Shown here piece after piece: positions 49,333 to 59,069 of a stretch of 64,000 nt of DNA (its first letter is position 1; each line of letters opens with the position of its first letter). Location of the stretch: NCBI GenBank assembly GCA_963710375.1, contig CAVPZX010000004.1:265242-329241 (forward strand), read 5' to 3'. The translations under genes were made by a program, and so were the position numbers. The notes below the pieces were generated by a model. It did not search any database. It was given only the letters and a program-made list of their open reading frames with translations, and was not told the DNA's origin. Source of the DNA: Nitrospirota bacterium (GTDB lineage Bacteria > Nitrospirota > Thermodesulfovibrionia > Thermodesulfovibrionales > Dissulfurispiraceae).

Positions 49333-50577
49333 ATGGTTGCGGGAACGTTTGAAACGCTTATCTATAAAGTCGTGGGAGCACTGTCCGGCGGCTGGACAAC
49401 TTTTGATGAAAGACTTCAGCATGTAGTCGGCATTCTTGCAAGATATTTCGGTGTCGAAAAGTGTTCCGTCATGGTGATTAATCAGGGAGCTATGGCGCTG
49501 GAGGTAAGGGCGGCTACTAACACCGCCATTATCGGCAAGCAAAGACAGCTTTGTGATGTCACCGTCGCAACCATGTCGCTGCTCGATGATGCTCCTGTAT
49601 CTTCGAATAAGGAAAAACTCTCCTGTTTCCTGCCGATGAACTCAACCAGGTACGCTTCTTCCAATTCATTGAGCGTTCCGATCAAGTATTATGAAAAAAA
49701 GGTCGGAGTGCTCAATCTTACTGATAAAAAAAATAACAAACCGCTGACAGCTAAACAGGTGAAAGAGGCGGTCAAGATAACCGATTACATTGCTGTCTAT
49801 CTGTATGCCTCGCAAGCCGATGACCTTCTTGAAAAGAAAGTAATAACTTGCGAGGATGCGCTGGCGCAGGTCAAAAAAGCTGACGAGATGAAGACGAGTC
49901 TGACCAGCTTTATCGTGCATGACCTGAAGGGACCCATAAGCACCATTATGGCCAACCTTGACATGTTGAGTTATGAGCCGCTCACTGCAGAGCAGCTTGG
50001 GCTGGCAAACCTTGCGCTGAACGATGTGTATAAAATGCAGCGCATGGTCATGAATATCCTTGATGTCCAGAAAATGGAAGAAGGCAAGATAAATATTTAC
50101 AGGGATGAAACCGACCTCTCCGAACTGGCACAGCGTGAAATCATGTCGTTCAAGAGCCTGCTTGCCATGAGGGGCATAAGTGCGGTGTTTGACGGCGAAC
50201 CACGCGTATTGTTTATCGATGAAGACCTTATCGGCAGGACGATTTCGAATCTCCTGAACAACGCTGTCGAGCATTCCCCTGACGATAAACAGATAACGGT
50301 GAAGATTCGTTATGATGCTGACAGGAAAGAGGCTGCAGTTAGTGTTGCAGATGAGGGTACCGGCATCCCTGATCAGTTCAAGGAAAAGATTTTCGAGAAA
50401 TTCTTCCAGATAGAGGCCGGCAAGACGTACCACAAGACGACGACAGGTTTGGGGCTGACATTCTGCAAGCTCGTGATCGAAGCGCACGGTGGGCGCTTGT
50501 GGGTTGAGGACAACGAGGGCGGAGGGACGCGTTTTATTTTCACCCTCCCTGAAACAATTAAAGAGGTTATGGGCTGA
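49333..50577 (+). CDS. GAF-domain sensor histidine kinase
   Basis: GAF (VGVLNL); VHDLKGP; NLLNNA; DEGTGI; GLGLTFCK. Confidence 0.92.
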   Translation: MVAGTFETLIYKVVGALSGGWTTFDERLQHVVGILARYFGVEKCSVMVINQGAMALEVRAATNTAIIGKQRQLCDVTVATMSLLDDAPVSSNKEKLSCFLPMNSTRYASSNSLSVPIKYYEKKVGVLNLTDKKNNKPLTAKQVKEAVKITDYIAVYLYASQADDLLEKKVITCEDALAQVKKADEMKTSLTSFIVHDLKGPISTIMANLDMLSYEPLTAEQLGLANLALNDVYKMQRMVMNILDVQKMEEGKINIYRDETDLSELAQREIMSFKSLLAMRGISAVFDGEPRVLFIDEDLIGRTISNLLNNAVEHSPDDKQITVKIRYDADRKEAAVSVADEGTGIPDQFKEKIFEKFFQIEAGKTYHKTTTGLGLTFCKLVIEAHGGRLWVEDNEGGGTRFIFTLPETIKEVMG

Positions 50578-51758
50578 TGGCAATTCCGATGGAATATTTG
50601 AAAATAAAATGCCTCGCTGTTGATGACGAGGCGTCCATGCGTGCGACAATCAATAATATGCTTGTGAGAATAGGTTTCAAGCGCATAGTGACGGCTGAGA
50701 ATGGGAAAAAGGCGATGGATGTCATCAAAACAACTAATGTGGATCTCGTGATAGCCGATGTCAATATGCCGGAGATGAGCGGCGTCGAGCTTTTTAAAAC
50801 TGTCAGGGAGGACAAAAACTACGATCACATAGTGTTTATTTTTGTCACCGCAGAGGCGACCAGGCAAATCGTTGCGAGGACTGCGGAAGAGGGTGGTGAG
50901 GGATATATAATCAAACCCTTTGTGCTGGGTATACTTGAAGACAAGATAGCCAAGGCGCTGGAGAAAAAGTTCAAGCCGAATGCCCTGGAATCCAGCCTCA
51001 AGGAGTTTTCTGCCGCCATGGCGAAAAAAGACTTTCAGCTGGCCGAAGAGGTCCTCGGCAATGCGGCAAGAGTTGCTCCTGAAGCGGCAAAGGTGGTCCA
51101 TAATTTCGGCCTGCTCTACCTTGCAAAAGGTGATATGAACCGGGCGACAGGGTTTTTCAAAGAGGCTATAAACAAAAACCCTATGTTTGTCAGGTCCTAC
51201 AATGCACTGGGTGAACTGTACGAAAATATGGGGGATTTCGGCAATGCAATAAAATATTACGAGAAGGCCCATGAAATAAGTCCCGCCAATACCGATCGCC
51301 TCATTTCGCTTAGCAAGCTTTTTTACAGGACAGGAGAAACGGACCGGGCGGAAAACATACTTAGGGATGCGGTTTCAGACATGAGGGGAGATGTAGCCGA
51401 ATCAGCGCAGCTAATGGGTGAAATGTACCTTGCGAAGAACGAAAATGATAAGGCGCTGGGGGCGCTGATCAAAGCTTACAACCAAAACCCTTCCAATATA
51501 TCCATAATGGAGAGTCTGGCATCAGCATACCGCAAGTTGAGACAGGCTGAAAAGGCGCTTGAACTCTATAAAGAATGCCTGAAGATAGCTCCGGACAATG
51601 CAGCGGTTTATTACAGCATAAGCAAAACATACCTCGAAATGTCCGACAAGAAAAACGCCATAGAAGCTATGAAAAAGGCATGGGTGCTCAACCCGCATTC
51701 TAAAGAAATAACTGCGGACCTGAAGGCACTTGGCGCAAAAGAGCGGCTTAATCTTTAG
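50577..51758 (+). CDS. CheY-like response regulator with TPR repeats
   Basis: AVDDE, ADVNMPEMSG, YIIKPF; C-terminal TPR helices. Confidence 0.9.
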   Translation: MAIPMEYLKIKCLAVDDEASMRATINNMLVRIGFKRIVTAENGKKAMDVIKTTNVDLVIADVNMPEMSGVELFKTVREDKNYDHIVFIFVTAEATRQIVARTAEEGGEGYIIKPFVLGILEDKIAKALEKKFKPNALESSLKEFSAAMAKKDFQLAEEVLGNAARVAPEAAKVVHNFGLLYLAKGDMNRATGFFKEAINKNPMFVRSYNALGELYENMGDFGNAIKYYEKAHEISPANTDRLISLSKLFYRTGETDRAENILRDAVSDMRGDVAESAQLMGEMYLAKNENDKALGALIKAYNQNPSNISIMESLASAYRKLRQAEKALELYKECLKIAPDNAAVYYSISKTYLEMSDKKNAIEAMKKAWVLNPHSKEITADLKALGAKERLNL

Positions 51759-51765
51759 TGATCAT

Positions 51766-53845
51766 ATGGCCGATTCTCAAAAAATCCCCTATTCCAAGGC
51801 GTTAGCAGTCTCTCCTCACAGCATCGGCAGAAGGCTGCAGGAGATCAAAGGAGTAATTGCCGTTACGGGTAGTGTTTACCTCACTCTGGCACTGTTCAGT
51901 TACAACAGATGGGACCGGTCACTTTTTACTTTCTCTCATGCCCCGACCCAAAACTACGGCGGCATTGTGGGCGCATATGTTTCCGATGCCGTTATTTCAT
52001 TCCTGGGCCTTGCCGGCTATGTGTCTCCGCTTTTGCTGATGATTTACGGGGTCAGGAACATCCTGGGAAAAGAAAAGCGTATGCTACATGTATTGGGCAC
52101 AGTGGTCTTATTAGCTTCATTATCGATGCTGGCGCAGCTGTTGTCAGGGACAATCCACCTGATCGTTGAGCCTGCCGGGGGTCTTGCCGGGCTTCTTCTG
52201 GCAAACCTTTTCGAAGGGCTGCTTTCACCACCCGGGGCATATTTAGCGGGTGTTGCCATGGTGATCATTGCGCTGGTTCTTCTGAGCCCTGTATCTATCT
52301 TTTCGTACGTGCGAGGAAGCCGGAAAGAGGCCGGGCTGCCGAACAAGGAGCTTGAGTCGGAGTTGCCGTTGTACCCATTGGAGAATGAAGAAATACTGTT
52401 GGAGAGCAAGCCTGTCTTGAAGCGAGTGACGACCGCTGAAGTAAAGAGCGACAACGGCTATTCGCTGCCGCCTCTGGATTTTTTAAAGGAGGGCGAAGGC
52501 TCATCAGGGCCGGCTAAGGATGAATTGAATACGGCGGCGGCCGGTATTGAGCGGAAACTCACAGACTTTGGTATAAGCGGTAAGATAAAGGGGGCCCATC
52601 CCGGCCCTGTGGTCACTATGTATGAGTTCGAGCCCGCTGCCGGAGTCAAGATCAACAGAATCGTATCTCTGTCAGAGGACCTGGCCCTTGCGCTCCGTGC
52701 GTCGAGTATCCGTGTGTATCCTATCGCAGGCAAGGCCACCATCGGCATCGAAGTGCCAAACAGACAGAGGGCAACGGTCGCCCTGAGGGAGATCATCTCC
52801 GCTGAAAACTTTCAGCAGAGCACTTCTCTTCTTTCGCTCGCTCTCGGTAAGGACATTTTTGGCAATCCAGTTGCGACCGATCTGTCAAAAATGCCGCACC
52901 TTCTGGTTGCAGGGGCTACCGGCTCAGGCAAGAGCAGACTCCATTAATGCAATGATCATCAGTATACTTTATAAAGCAACCCCCGAAGAGGTCAAGATGC
53001 TGATGATAGATCCAAAACTCCTGGAGCTTTCGGCGTATGCCGGTATCCCCCATCTGATATCGCCTGTGATAAACAACCCGAAGGAGGCTTCCGAAGCGCT
53101 GAAGAAAATGGTATTCGAGATGGAAAGGCGGTACAAGCTCCTTGCTGAAAAGGGCGCCAGGAACATAGATGCCTATAACCGGCAGGCGTCCAAAGCTGAA
53201 AAGCTTCCCTATATCGTTGTCATTATTGATGAACTGGCTGACTTGATGTTTACCGCACCGAGCGATGTTGAGAATGCCATAACGCGGCTTGCCCAGATGG
53301 CGAGGGCATCGGGCATCCATCTTATTCTTGCTACACAGCGGCCCTCTGTTGATGTCATTACAGGTTTGATCAAGGCAAATTTCCCTGCAAGGATATCGTT
53401 TCAGGTCACCTCACGGATCGATTCTCGGACTATACTCGACGGGCAGGGCGCCGAACAGCTTCTCGGCATGGGTGACATGCTGCTGTTGGTCCCCGGCGTT
53501 AAGATAGTCAGAATCCACGGCGCCTATGTAAGCGAACCGGAGATCAAAGCAGTAACGGAATTTGCCAGGTCGCAGGGGTCGCCCGATTACACCTCTTTTG
53601 AAAACATTGTGGTCACCGATGGCCAGGAGAAGGGGAGTGATGGTTCGGGAGAAAGGGACGAGATGTATCAAAAGGTGCTCGATTTTGCAGAGGCTGCTGG
53701 CGAGGTCTCCATTTCGTCGATACAGCGGAGATTCAAGATAGGATATAACAGGGCTGCGAGCATTATGGAGCTTATGGAAGATGACGGTCTTGTCGGACCG
53801 CCGAAAGGTGCGGGAAAACCGAGGGACTTCCTGGGGAGAAGATGA
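51766..53845 (+). pseudogene. ftsK: DNA translocase FtsK with a +1 frameshift just after Walker A (real lesion or sequencing error)
   Basis: ORF 1 ends PHLLVAGATGSGKS-RLH*; ORF 2 continues SINAMIISILYK, IIDELADLM, LATQRPSVDVITG and the gamma domain. Confidence 0.9.
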
Positions 53846-53853
53846 TGAAGACG

Positions 53854-54012
53854 GGCAATAGGCGAAGGGCAAAAGGCTAAGGGTAAGAAAATGAATAAAG
53901 AACAAAAAATAAAAACTAGAAGACTGTTTTCCCTTTCGCCTTTAGCCCTTCGCCTTTTGCCTGTCTTTATCATTCTGTTGCCTATCGCCTATTGCCTATC
54001 GCCTATTGCCTT
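53854..54012. repeat. Heptamer tandem repeats in inverted arrangement, running into the lolA 5' end
   Basis: GGCAATA GGCGAAG GGCAAAA GGCTAAG ... TTCGCCT TTAGCCC TTCGCCT TTTGCCT ... (TTGCCTA TCGCCTA)x2. Confidence 0.75.
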
Positions 54013-54580
54013 GACTTTTGCCGGCGTTGCCGGGGATGATGTTGCGAGAATTCAAAAGGCTTACGAGAATATAAAGGACATAAAGGGCAATTTCGTGCAG
54101 AAAAGTTACATTAAGGATTTAAAGAGGACCGATACTTACAGCGGTCAGTTTTTTATAAAGCCGCCGAAGATGAAATGGGAATTCAAGGGAGACAAACCAC
54201 AGACCGTATATATCACAGGTGAAGAAATACTTATTTATCAAAAGAAAGAAAAACAGGTCTTCAAGACAAGATTCGACAGGGCCACTTATGGCCAGTCGCC
54301 TATCGCATTGCTGGGCGGCTTTGGCGATATTAATAAAGAATTTTACGTTTCTATGAAAAAAGGCAGGCTGATACTTAAACCCAGAACGCCGATGGGCATT
54401 ATAGTGCAGATAGAACTCACCCTGTCCGACGGAGTATTCCCTATCGAAGCCCTCTCCATTCTTGACACGGCCTACAACAAAATTGATATTACCCTGAAAG
54501 ATGTCGTAATCAACACAGGGCTCGGTGACAGAATGTTTGCGTTTACGCCTCCTGAAGACGCCACCGTTATACAACGATAA
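53891..54580 (+). CDS. lolA: Outer-membrane lipoprotein carrier LolA
   Basis: KGNFVQ, KPPKMKWEF, C-terminal FAFTPPE; position after ftsK. Confidence 0.85.
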   Translation: MNKEQKIKTRRLFSLSPLALRLLPVFIILLPIAYCLSPIALTFAGVAGDDVARIQKAYENIKDIKGNFVQKSYIKDLKRTDTYSGQFFIKPPKMKWEFKGDKPQTVYITGEEILIYQKKEKQVFKTRFDRATYGQSPIALLGGFGDINKEFYVSMKKGRLILKPRTPMGIIVQIELTLSDGVFPIEALSILDTAYNKIDITLKDVVINTGLGDRMFAFTPPEDATVIQR

Positions 54581-54585
54581 AAACT

Positions 54586-54906
54586 ATGCGAATGGTCAGG
54601 GAAGAAAAGACTGTTCAGGCCATGATAAGGGTTTATTGCCGTGATAAACACGGGACAAAGGACTCTCTTTGTCCCGACTGTGAAGAACTGATGGCCTATG
54701 CAAGAGCGCGTCTTACAAGCTGCCCTTTTCAGGAAGCCAAGACACCCTGTGCAAAATGCCAGGTGCACTGTTATAAGCCCATCATGCGGGACAAGGTCAG
54801 GGGAATTATGCGGTATTCCGGGCCGCGCATGGTCCGCAGACACCCTGTTTTAGCGCTTTTGCACTTTATTGATGGATTCAGACAGCCGGGCGAAAGACGG
54901 AAATAG
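54586..54906 (+). CDS. YgbA / nitrous-oxide-stimulated-promoter family Cys-rich protein
   Basis: REEKTVQAMIRVYC, CPF...CAKCQVHCYKP, MRYSGPRM. Confidence 0.88.
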   Translation: MRMVREEKTVQAMIRVYCRDKHGTKDSLCPDCEELMAYARARLTSCPFQEAKTPCAKCQVHCYKPIMRDKVRGIMRYSGPRMVRRHPVLALLHFIDGFRQPGERRK

Positions 54907-54908
54907 AT

Positions 54909-55859
54909 ATGATACCACTCAGGAAAATAGCTATAACCATCGGAGACCCTGGAGGCATAGGTCCTGAGGTCACGCTGAAATCTATTATATCAAACGATAT
55001 TGCCGGACTATGCCAGCCCGTGATTATCGGGGACAGGGTTGTCATTGAGGATGCTGTCGAACGCTTTAAAATCCCTGTCAGTCCCGAATTTATTGAACTG
55101 GTTAATGTTGGTGAGATTGCAGACAACTCGTTTGAAAAAGGCAGACCCACAGTTGCCGGAGGAAGGGCATGCGTAGCTTATATAAAAAAGGCTGTGGAGC
55201 TTGCTCTGAACAAAAGTGTCGATGCTATTGTTACTGCTCCGATATCGAAGGAGTCCCTGAAGATGGCGGGATTTAAATGGCCCGGGCATACCGAGATGCT
55301 GGCAGAGCTTACCGGAGCAGAAGATTTTGCAATGGTATTTTATAGTGATAAGCTCAGATTGATCCTAGTGACCACGCACACAGCTCTGTGTAATGTGCCT
55401 TCAATGATTACAAAAGAGAAAATTTTAAAAACCATTGTGCTCGCTCAGAAGGCATGCGCTATTATGGATATTGAAAACCCCAGGATCGCTGTTGCGGGGC
55501 TGAACCCTCACTCCGGTGAAGCAGGGATATTCGGCAGAGAAGAAATTGATGCAATAGCGCCTGCTGTTGCAGAGGCTGTGCAACAGGGTATTCCTGTCTC
55601 AGGCCCTTACCCTGCAGATGTTCTTTTTCATAGGATGTACAAGGGCGAGTTTGATATAATTGTCTGCATGTATCATGACCAGGGGCTCATACCGCTTAAG
55701 ATGATCGCATTCGAAAAAGGCGTAAACTTGACGGTGGGGTTGCCGATAATCAGGACATCCCCTGACCATGGCACAGCATATGATATTGCATGGAAGGGAA
55801 TAGCGAACCCTTCGAGCATGATAGAGGCGATAAAGCTGTCGGTGAGGATGAGGAGGTAG
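54909..55859 (+). CDS. pdxA: 4-hydroxythreonine-4-phosphate dehydrogenase
   Basis: GDPGGIGPE, PGHTE, GLNPHSGE, MYHDQGLIPLK, RTSPDHGTA. Confidence 0.97.
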   Translation: MIPLRKIAITIGDPGGIGPEVTLKSIISNDIAGLCQPVIIGDRVVIEDAVERFKIPVSPEFIELVNVGEIADNSFEKGRPTVAGGRACVAYIKKAVELALNKSVDAIVTAPISKESLKMAGFKWPGHTEMLAELTGAEDFAMVFYSDKLRLILVTTHTALCNVPSMITKEKILKTIVLAQKACAIMDIENPRIAVAGLNPHSGEAGIFGREEIDAIAPAVAEAVQQGIPVSGPYPADVLFHRMYKGEFDIIVCMYHDQGLIPLKMIAFEKGVNLTVGLPIIRTSPDHGTAYDIAWKGIANPSSMIEAIKLSVRMRR

Positions 55860-55861
55860 GG

Positions 55862-56947
55862 GTGCTCTTTGAGCCATTTTGCATCGGAAGTCTTGTTCTG
55901 AAAAATCGCATCGTGCGTTCTGCCACATATGAAAAGAGAGCCGATGAAGACGGCTTTGCTACCGCCGCCTTAGTAGAGTTTTATGAAGATATTGCCAGAG
56001 GCGGTGCGGGGCTTATCATAAGCGGCAACGTTCTAGTGCATACATCTGGAAGGTCGCTGCCGCAGCAGATGTGCATTCATAATGATTTTTATATCGAGAA
56101 GCTTAAGCGCCTTACCGGTGCGGTGCACAATCTTGGCGGCTCAATCGTTATGCAGCTTGTGCACGGCGGCAGGCAGTCGTTCCCGGCACTGCTTGGCGGA
56201 GAGCAGCCTTCGGCACCGTCAGCCGTCTACGACCCGGCTACGCAGATAACACCTCGCGCAATGGATGACCGCGAAATATGGGAGATAATCGAGTCTTTTG
56301 GCGATGCCGCCCGGAGATCCATGTACAGCGGTTTTGACGGTATCCAATTGCATGCCGCCCATGGATATCTGATCAATGAATTTCTATCACCTCACACCAA
56401 CAGAAGGGATGATTACTGGGGAGGCGATGAAGAGCGGAGATTCCATTTTGTCGAGGAAGTATACAGGGTCATGCGCAGGGAAGTCGGGGATAATTACCCT
56501 ATTTTGGTCAAGATCAATGCAGATGATTGTGTCGAGGGAGGGCTGGCGCCGGAGGAGAGTGTGAAGATCGCAAAACGGCTGGAAGACATGGGTGTATGCG
56601 CTTTCGAGGTGAGCGGCGGCATGCATGAAGCCCGGAATAAAACTGTGAGGACTGATATCCTCAAGCCGGAACAGGAAGCCTATTTCCGACCCGCTGCCGG
56701 ACTCTTTAAAAGGCATCTGTACATGCCTGTAATGCTGGTTGGAGGAATGCGCTCCAGGCCGGTAATGGAAGATGTGCTCCTCAAGGGCGATGCCGATCTG
56801 ATTTCCTTATCCAGGCCCCTTATCAGAGAGCCGGATCTCCCCAATAAGATGGCGGAAGGCAAGGAAAAGGCTGATTGTATTTCCTGCAACGGCTGCATGA
56901 AATTCAATAAGCTTGATGTGGTGCGATGTACCCAGATCAATCCCTGA
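55862..56947 (+). CDS. NADH:flavin oxidoreductase (Old Yellow Enzyme family)
   Basis: KNRIVRSAT, GFDGIQLHAAHGYLINEFLSP, SRPLIREPDLP, CISCNGC. Confidence 0.93.
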   Translation: MLFEPFCIGSLVLKNRIVRSATYEKRADEDGFATAALVEFYEDIARGGAGLIISGNVLVHTSGRSLPQQMCIHNDFYIEKLKRLTGAVHNLGGSIVMQLVHGGRQSFPALLGGEQPSAPSAVYDPATQITPRAMDDREIWEIIESFGDAARRSMYSGFDGIQLHAAHGYLINEFLSPHTNRRDDYWGGDEERRFHFVEEVYRVMRREVGDNYPILVKINADDCVEGGLAPEESVKIAKRLEDMGVCAFEVSGGMHEARNKTVRTDILKPEQEAYFRPAAGLFKRHLYMPVMLVGGMRSRPVMEDVLLKGDADLISLSRPLIREPDLPNKMAEGKEKADCISCNGCMKFNKLDVVRCTQINP

Positions 56948-57401
56948 TAGGATGAGATGACAGTTCCAGCATCATGACGAGGGCATCTTCAGTGGGACGC
57001 AAGTAATAGTCTTTCCTTGTCCCGATAACTTTGAAGTTCAGTTTCTCGTACAATTTTTTTGCAGCAATATTCGATATCCGCACCTCCAAAAAGAGAAAGC
57101 GGCAGCCATTCGCCCGCAGGTTTTCCCATGCGTTGCTGAAGATCATATTTGCGATGCCCTGTCTGCGGTACTGAGGGTGCACTGTCAGATTCATCAGAAC
57201 TCCCTCATCGGCCACTTGTTTGATGCAAACATACCCAACAATATTCCCATTAAGTTCTGCGACCCTTGTTATTGAATGCTGGCTATAGATCTCGCTGAGG
57301 AAGGATGTTTCCGACCACGGCATGGTATACGATGCCTTTTCTATCTCTGCAATCGCGGGTACATCACCATGGGACATCTCTCTGATCGTAACTGTATTCA
57401 T
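56937..57401 (-). CDS. rimI: Ribosomal-protein-alanine N-acetyltransferase
   Basis: PWSE, VHPQYRRQGIA, FLEVRISN, RKDYY..PTEDA. Confidence 0.93.
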   Translation of the reverse strand: MNTVTIREMSHGDVPAIAEIEKASYTMPWSETSFLSEIYSQHSITRVAELNGNIVGYVCIKQVADEGVLMNLTVHPQYRRQGIANMIFSNAWENLRANGCRFLFLEVRISNIAAKKLYEKLNFKVIGTRKDYYLRPTEDALVMMLELSSHPIRD

Positions 57402-57423
57402 AGTTGTCTCAAACGGCACTATG

Positions 57424-58116
57424 CTACTCCTTCGCCTGCTTCATTTCAGCCTCGGACTTTCTCATATAGCGCGGCACAAGCTGCTCAGGATTATCAAACA
57501 TGTTGTTTCTGGCTTTCCTCATGCAGAGATAGGCAACGTTAGCCGGCGAGGGGATCATGTGTTGAGGGGCTCCGAAAAGAGCCTTTTCGCCGAGAAAAGC
57601 CCGAATACGGTCTTTGTAAAGGAGCGCTCCTTCTCCCAGGAAAACAGCGGATTTTCCTATAGCAGCGAGAAGCGTGTCAATTCTCACCGTTTGCTCTTCG
57701 ATGACATTTGTGAAACTATCTTCCGACCATTCAAATACTCCTGCATACACTTCCTTTTTCCTGGCATCTAGCAAAGGACATATAAGATGCCGTGAAAAAG
57801 TGACATTCCAGGCGAATGCCTCAAGAGTCGAGACGGAAACTACCTTTTTCCCAGTAGCGTAGCTAAGGCCTTTCAGGGTGCTGAGCCCGACCCTTAGGCC
57901 GGTGAACGAACCCGGTCCCGAGGCAATGCCAAACACATCTATATCATCTATTGTAAAGCCCGAGCGCTTGAGGGCATTGTCGATATCCGCAATTATCCTT
58001 TCAGAATGGGTCGCTTTCACGTTCATCCTGGACTCTGCAATAAGGGTATCGTCTTCCATGACTGCAATGCCGCCAAGCATGGTCGATGTTTCAATCGCCA
58101 GCAGCTTCATAACCAT
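57424..58116 (-). CDS. tsaB: tRNA threonylcarbamoyladenosine biosynthesis protein TsaB
   Basis: LAIETST, GPGSFTGLRVG, DARKKEVY, PRYMRKSEAE. Confidence 0.96.
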   Translation of the reverse strand: MVMKLLAIETSTMLGGIAVMEDDTLIAESRMNVKATHSERIIADIDNALKRSGFTIDDIDVFGIASGPGSFTGLRVGLSTLKGLSYATGKKVVSVSTLEAFAWNVTFSRHLICPLLDARKKEVYAGVFEWSEDSFTNVIEEQTVRIDTLLAAIGKSAVFLGEGALLYKDRIRAFLGEKALFGAPQHMIPSPANVAYLCMRKARNNMFDNPEQLVPRYMRKSEAEMKQAKE

Positions 58117-58285
58117 GTACCTCCCTTCTGAACTGTCTGAAAAATATTATACAACCAATGATGCAAACTATCGCAAACAATTTTAATTAGGCTATGCTTA
58201 CGGCGGCAAAACGCTTGCAATTGTCTTTTTTTAGTGCTATGGTTTTTTTAAAGGAGTCAAATTTTTCCATAATAAGGAGGAAAAG

Positions 58286-58642
58286 ATGAGAAGGACGCTA
58301 GTTTTGGCTTTTGTAACAGTACTTATCGCTTTTGGGTGTGCCTCGCAGGATTATGTCAAGCAGCAGATTAACCCTCTGGTCAACAGGATCAGCAAGCTTG
58401 AGGAGAGGGTATCAGCTCTGGAAACGAAAGTATCTGCTCTCGAAAAAACAGGTGCTGATGTTGAAGGGGCAAAAAAGGCAGCTGCTGAAGCCAAGGCCTT
58501 GGCAGAGGAAGCATTGAAATGCTGCAAAGACACGGGTATGAAAGCGGAGGAGGCAGCCCGGAGGGCGGAAGCAGCGGCAGAGAGGGCAGAGAAGGCGGCA
58601 GAGAAGGAACAGAAGGCTTTTGAATTAAAACAGAAGAAATAG
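58286..58642 (+). CDS. Lpp/OprI-like alanine-zipper lipoprotein
   Basis: Lipobox AFGC; coiled coil with AEAAAERAE repeats; C-terminal Lys. Confidence 0.8.
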   Translation: MRRTLVLAFVTVLIAFGCASQDYVKQQINPLVNRISKLEERVSALETKVSALEKTGADVEGAKKAAAEAKALAEEALKCCKDTGMKAEEAARRAEAAAERAEKAAEKEQKAFELKQKK

Positions 58643-58660
58643 TTCATTATACTCCAGGTT

Positions 58661-58700
58661 CTCCCGCAGGGGTCGGATGTGCCTGAATTCCCTGCGGGAG
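58661..58700 (+). terminator. Terminator-like hairpin
   Basis: CTCCCGCAGGG...CCCTGCGGGAG after the lipoprotein gene. Confidence 0.6.
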
Positions 58701-58806
58701 GGCCGGTTTTCATCAGAGGTGTACTCCACACAAACAAACTGACCTACTACCGTTTGAACTGATTGATTGACAAGCAAAGGCATTATATAGTTTAATATAA
58801 TTTCTC

Positions 58807-58882
58807 GGGCGGATAGCTCAGCTGGGAGAGCGCAGCCCTTACAAGGCTGATGTCACAGGTTCGATCCCTGTTCCGCCTACCA
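58807..58882 (+). tRNA. tRNA-Val (TAC)
   Basis: GGGCGGA...TCCGCCT-ACCA; anticodon loop CTTACAA; GGTTCGATCCC. Confidence 0.96.
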
Positions 58883-58992
58883 TAAGACAGCAATCAGTGA
58901 GCAGTGACGGGTGATCGGCTGATAAAGAGAAAGGCTTGACTTTCCGATTGACTGATTGCGGATAACACGTTGCCCTTCACGGTTTTTAGTTT

Positions 58993-59069
58993 GGGGTGGT
59001 AGTTCAGTTGGTTAGAACGCCTGCCTGTCACGCAGGAGGTCGCGGGTTCGAGCCCCGTCCGCCCCGCCA
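58993..59069 (+). tRNA. tRNA-Asp (GTC)
   Basis: GGGGTGG...CCGCCCC-GCCA; anticodon loop CTGTCAC; GGTTCGAGCCC. Confidence 0.96.
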
